Source of the DNA: Thermotogota bacterium
GTDB taxonomy: Bacteria; Thermotogota; Thermotogae; Petrotogales; Kosmotogaceae
DNA: 17,382 bases
NCBI GenBank assembly: GCA_034660555.1
Contig: JAYEJL010000045.1
Span: forward strand, 1-17,382
Direction: 5' to 3'
A program made the position numbers and the translations under genes. Of this stretch, positions 16,160 to 17,382 are shown piece after piece. The notes under the pieces were generated by a model. It had not been told where the DNA came from. It did no database searches and saw nothing but the letters and a program-made list of their open reading frames with translations. How positions within the stretch are numbered: the first letter of the stretch is position 1; each line of letters starts with the position of its first letter.

Positions 16160-17382
16160 ATGTCAGAGATATTTGAAGAAATAAGGAAAATTGGGTTTGA
16201 AGGGAAAGATTCGAAGAATCCACTTGCCTACAAACACTTTGAACCGGAAAAGATCGTTCTTGGAAAACCAATGAAGGATCACCTTAAATTCGCGGTTGCC
16301 TTCTGGCATACATTCAATGGTAGAGGCGATGATATGTTTGGTGAAGGAAGTGTTTCAAGACCCTGGGATAAATACAAAGATCCTATGGATAAATCAAAGG
16401 CTAAAGTAGAGGCTCTTTTCGAATTTATGAAAAAAACGGGGATTGAATATTTCTGTTTTCACGATACAGACATAGCACCCACTGGTGACAGTCTTAGAGA
16501 AACTAACAGAAATATCGATATAATTGTTGATTACATCAAGAAGCACATGAAAGATACCGGTAAAAAGTTGTTATGGGGTACAGCAAATCTTTTTAACAAT
16601 AAGAGATACATGCATGGTGCTGCCACATCATGTAATGCTGAGATCTTTGCGAGAGCAGCCGGGCAGGTAAAAAAGGCTCTGGAAATAACCAATGAATTGG
16701 GTGGCGAGAATTATGTTCTGTGGGGTGGAAGAGAAGGTTATGAATCGCTTCTCAATACAAATATGGAACTGGAGCTTGGAAACCTGGCAAGGTTCATGAG
16801 AATGGCTGTAAACTATGCAAGAAAAATTGGGTTTAAGGGCCAATTTCTAATAGAACCCAAACCGAAAGAGCCAACAAAGCATCAATACGATTTCGATTCA
16901 GCTCATGTTTTTGCCTTTCTCCAAAAATTTGGATTGGTTGATGACTTCAAATTGAATATAGAAGCAAATCATGCAACACTTGCAACACATACATTTAATC
17001 ATGAATTGAGATACGCAAGAATAAACAATATACTGGGCAGTATTGATGCCAATCAGGGAGATCTTTTCCTTGGTTGGGACACTGACCATTTCCCTACAGA
17101 TATATATGCTACAACTTTAGCTATGTATGAAATAGTAAAGAACAATGGATTGGGTACTGGTGGAATAAACTTTGATGCTAAATTGCGTAGATCATCCATT
17201 GATACTGAAGACATCTTTATTGGGCATATAGCTGGAATGGATGCTTTTGCTGCTGGATTGAAAGCGGCTGCCAATCTTATTGAAGAAGGAACTCTTGAAA
17301 GATTTATTGAGGACAGATACTCCAGTTACAGCGAGGGCATAGGCAGAAAGATCATAAACAATGAAACATCATTTGAAGAGCT
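16160..17382 (+). CDS. xylA: Xylose isomerase, class II (partial, runs off the window; missing from the ORF track)
   Basis: AAGGAGG SD and ATG 16160, with an open frame to the end of the window: [25 protein letters not shown]...AVAFWHTF...FCFHD...WGTANLF...WGGREGY...[16 protein letters not shown]...NIEANHA...GWDTD...NFDAKLRR. Confidence 0.97.
   Translation, partial: MSEIFEEIRKIGFEGKDSKNPLAYKHFEPEKIVLGKPMKDHLKFAVAFWHTFNGRGDDMFGEGSVSRPWDKYKDPMDKSKAKVEALFEFMKKTGIEYFCFHDTDIAPTGDSLRETNRNIDIIVDYIKKHMKDTGKKLLWGTANLFNNKRYMHGAATSCNAEIFARAAGQVKKALEITNELGGENYVLWGGREGYESLLNTNMELELGNLARFMRMAVNYARKIGFKGQFLIEPKPKEPTKHQYDFDSAHVFAFLQKFGLVDDFKLNIEANHATLATHTFNHELRYARINNILGSIDANQGDLFLGWDTDHFPTDIYATTLAMYEIVKNNGLGTGGINFDAKLRRSSIDTEDIFIGHIAGMDAFAAGLKAAANLIEEGTLERFIEDRYSSYSEGIGRKIINNETSFEE

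Noticed and set aside
1..17382. CRISPR array, tRNA/rRNA, riboswitch, prophage or defence system
   Set aside because: No spaced repeats or recognisable RNA or defence genes were seen by eye, and non-coding gaps are short or explained by pseudogenes. A covariance-model scan would be needed to fully exclude small RNAs.

Overview
AT-rich bacterial chromosomal window. Thermotogota-like host is my inference from protein style, non-lipoprotein substrate-binding proteins and short leaders; it is not proven. Intact genes in order: tail of a membrane protein; secreted purple-acid-phosphatase-like metallophosphoesterase; a coupled small membrane protein + nitrilase-superfamily hydrolase pair; a TnpC/DUF6262-like HTH gene heading a ProX-ProV-ProW (betaine/proline-type) ABC operon; a divergent HEXXH zinc protease; a Dpp/Opp-type ABC operon (B-C-D-F-A) ending in an M20 amidohydrolase; a ROK repressor; and xylose isomerase xylA, which runs off the window and is absent from the ORF track. 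Three decayed genes lie between them: a PHP/HisJ-type phosphatase remnant (2341-2667, not in the ORF track), a frameshifted hypA (7035-7392) and a truncated, multiply disrupted hypE (14115-14654). The most notable structure is that hypE and hypA bracket the 6.7-kb peptide-ABC/M20 cassette. Joining their ends restores a TAATG-coupled hypE-hypA junction encoding M-H-E-L, suggesting the cassette inserted into a [NiFe]-hydrogenase maturation operon. The best candidate for a new system is the divergent HTH / zinc-protease pair with a palindromic operator controlling a CBS-less osmolyte transporter, but this is speculative. No rRNA, tRNA, CRISPR array or transposase was seen.
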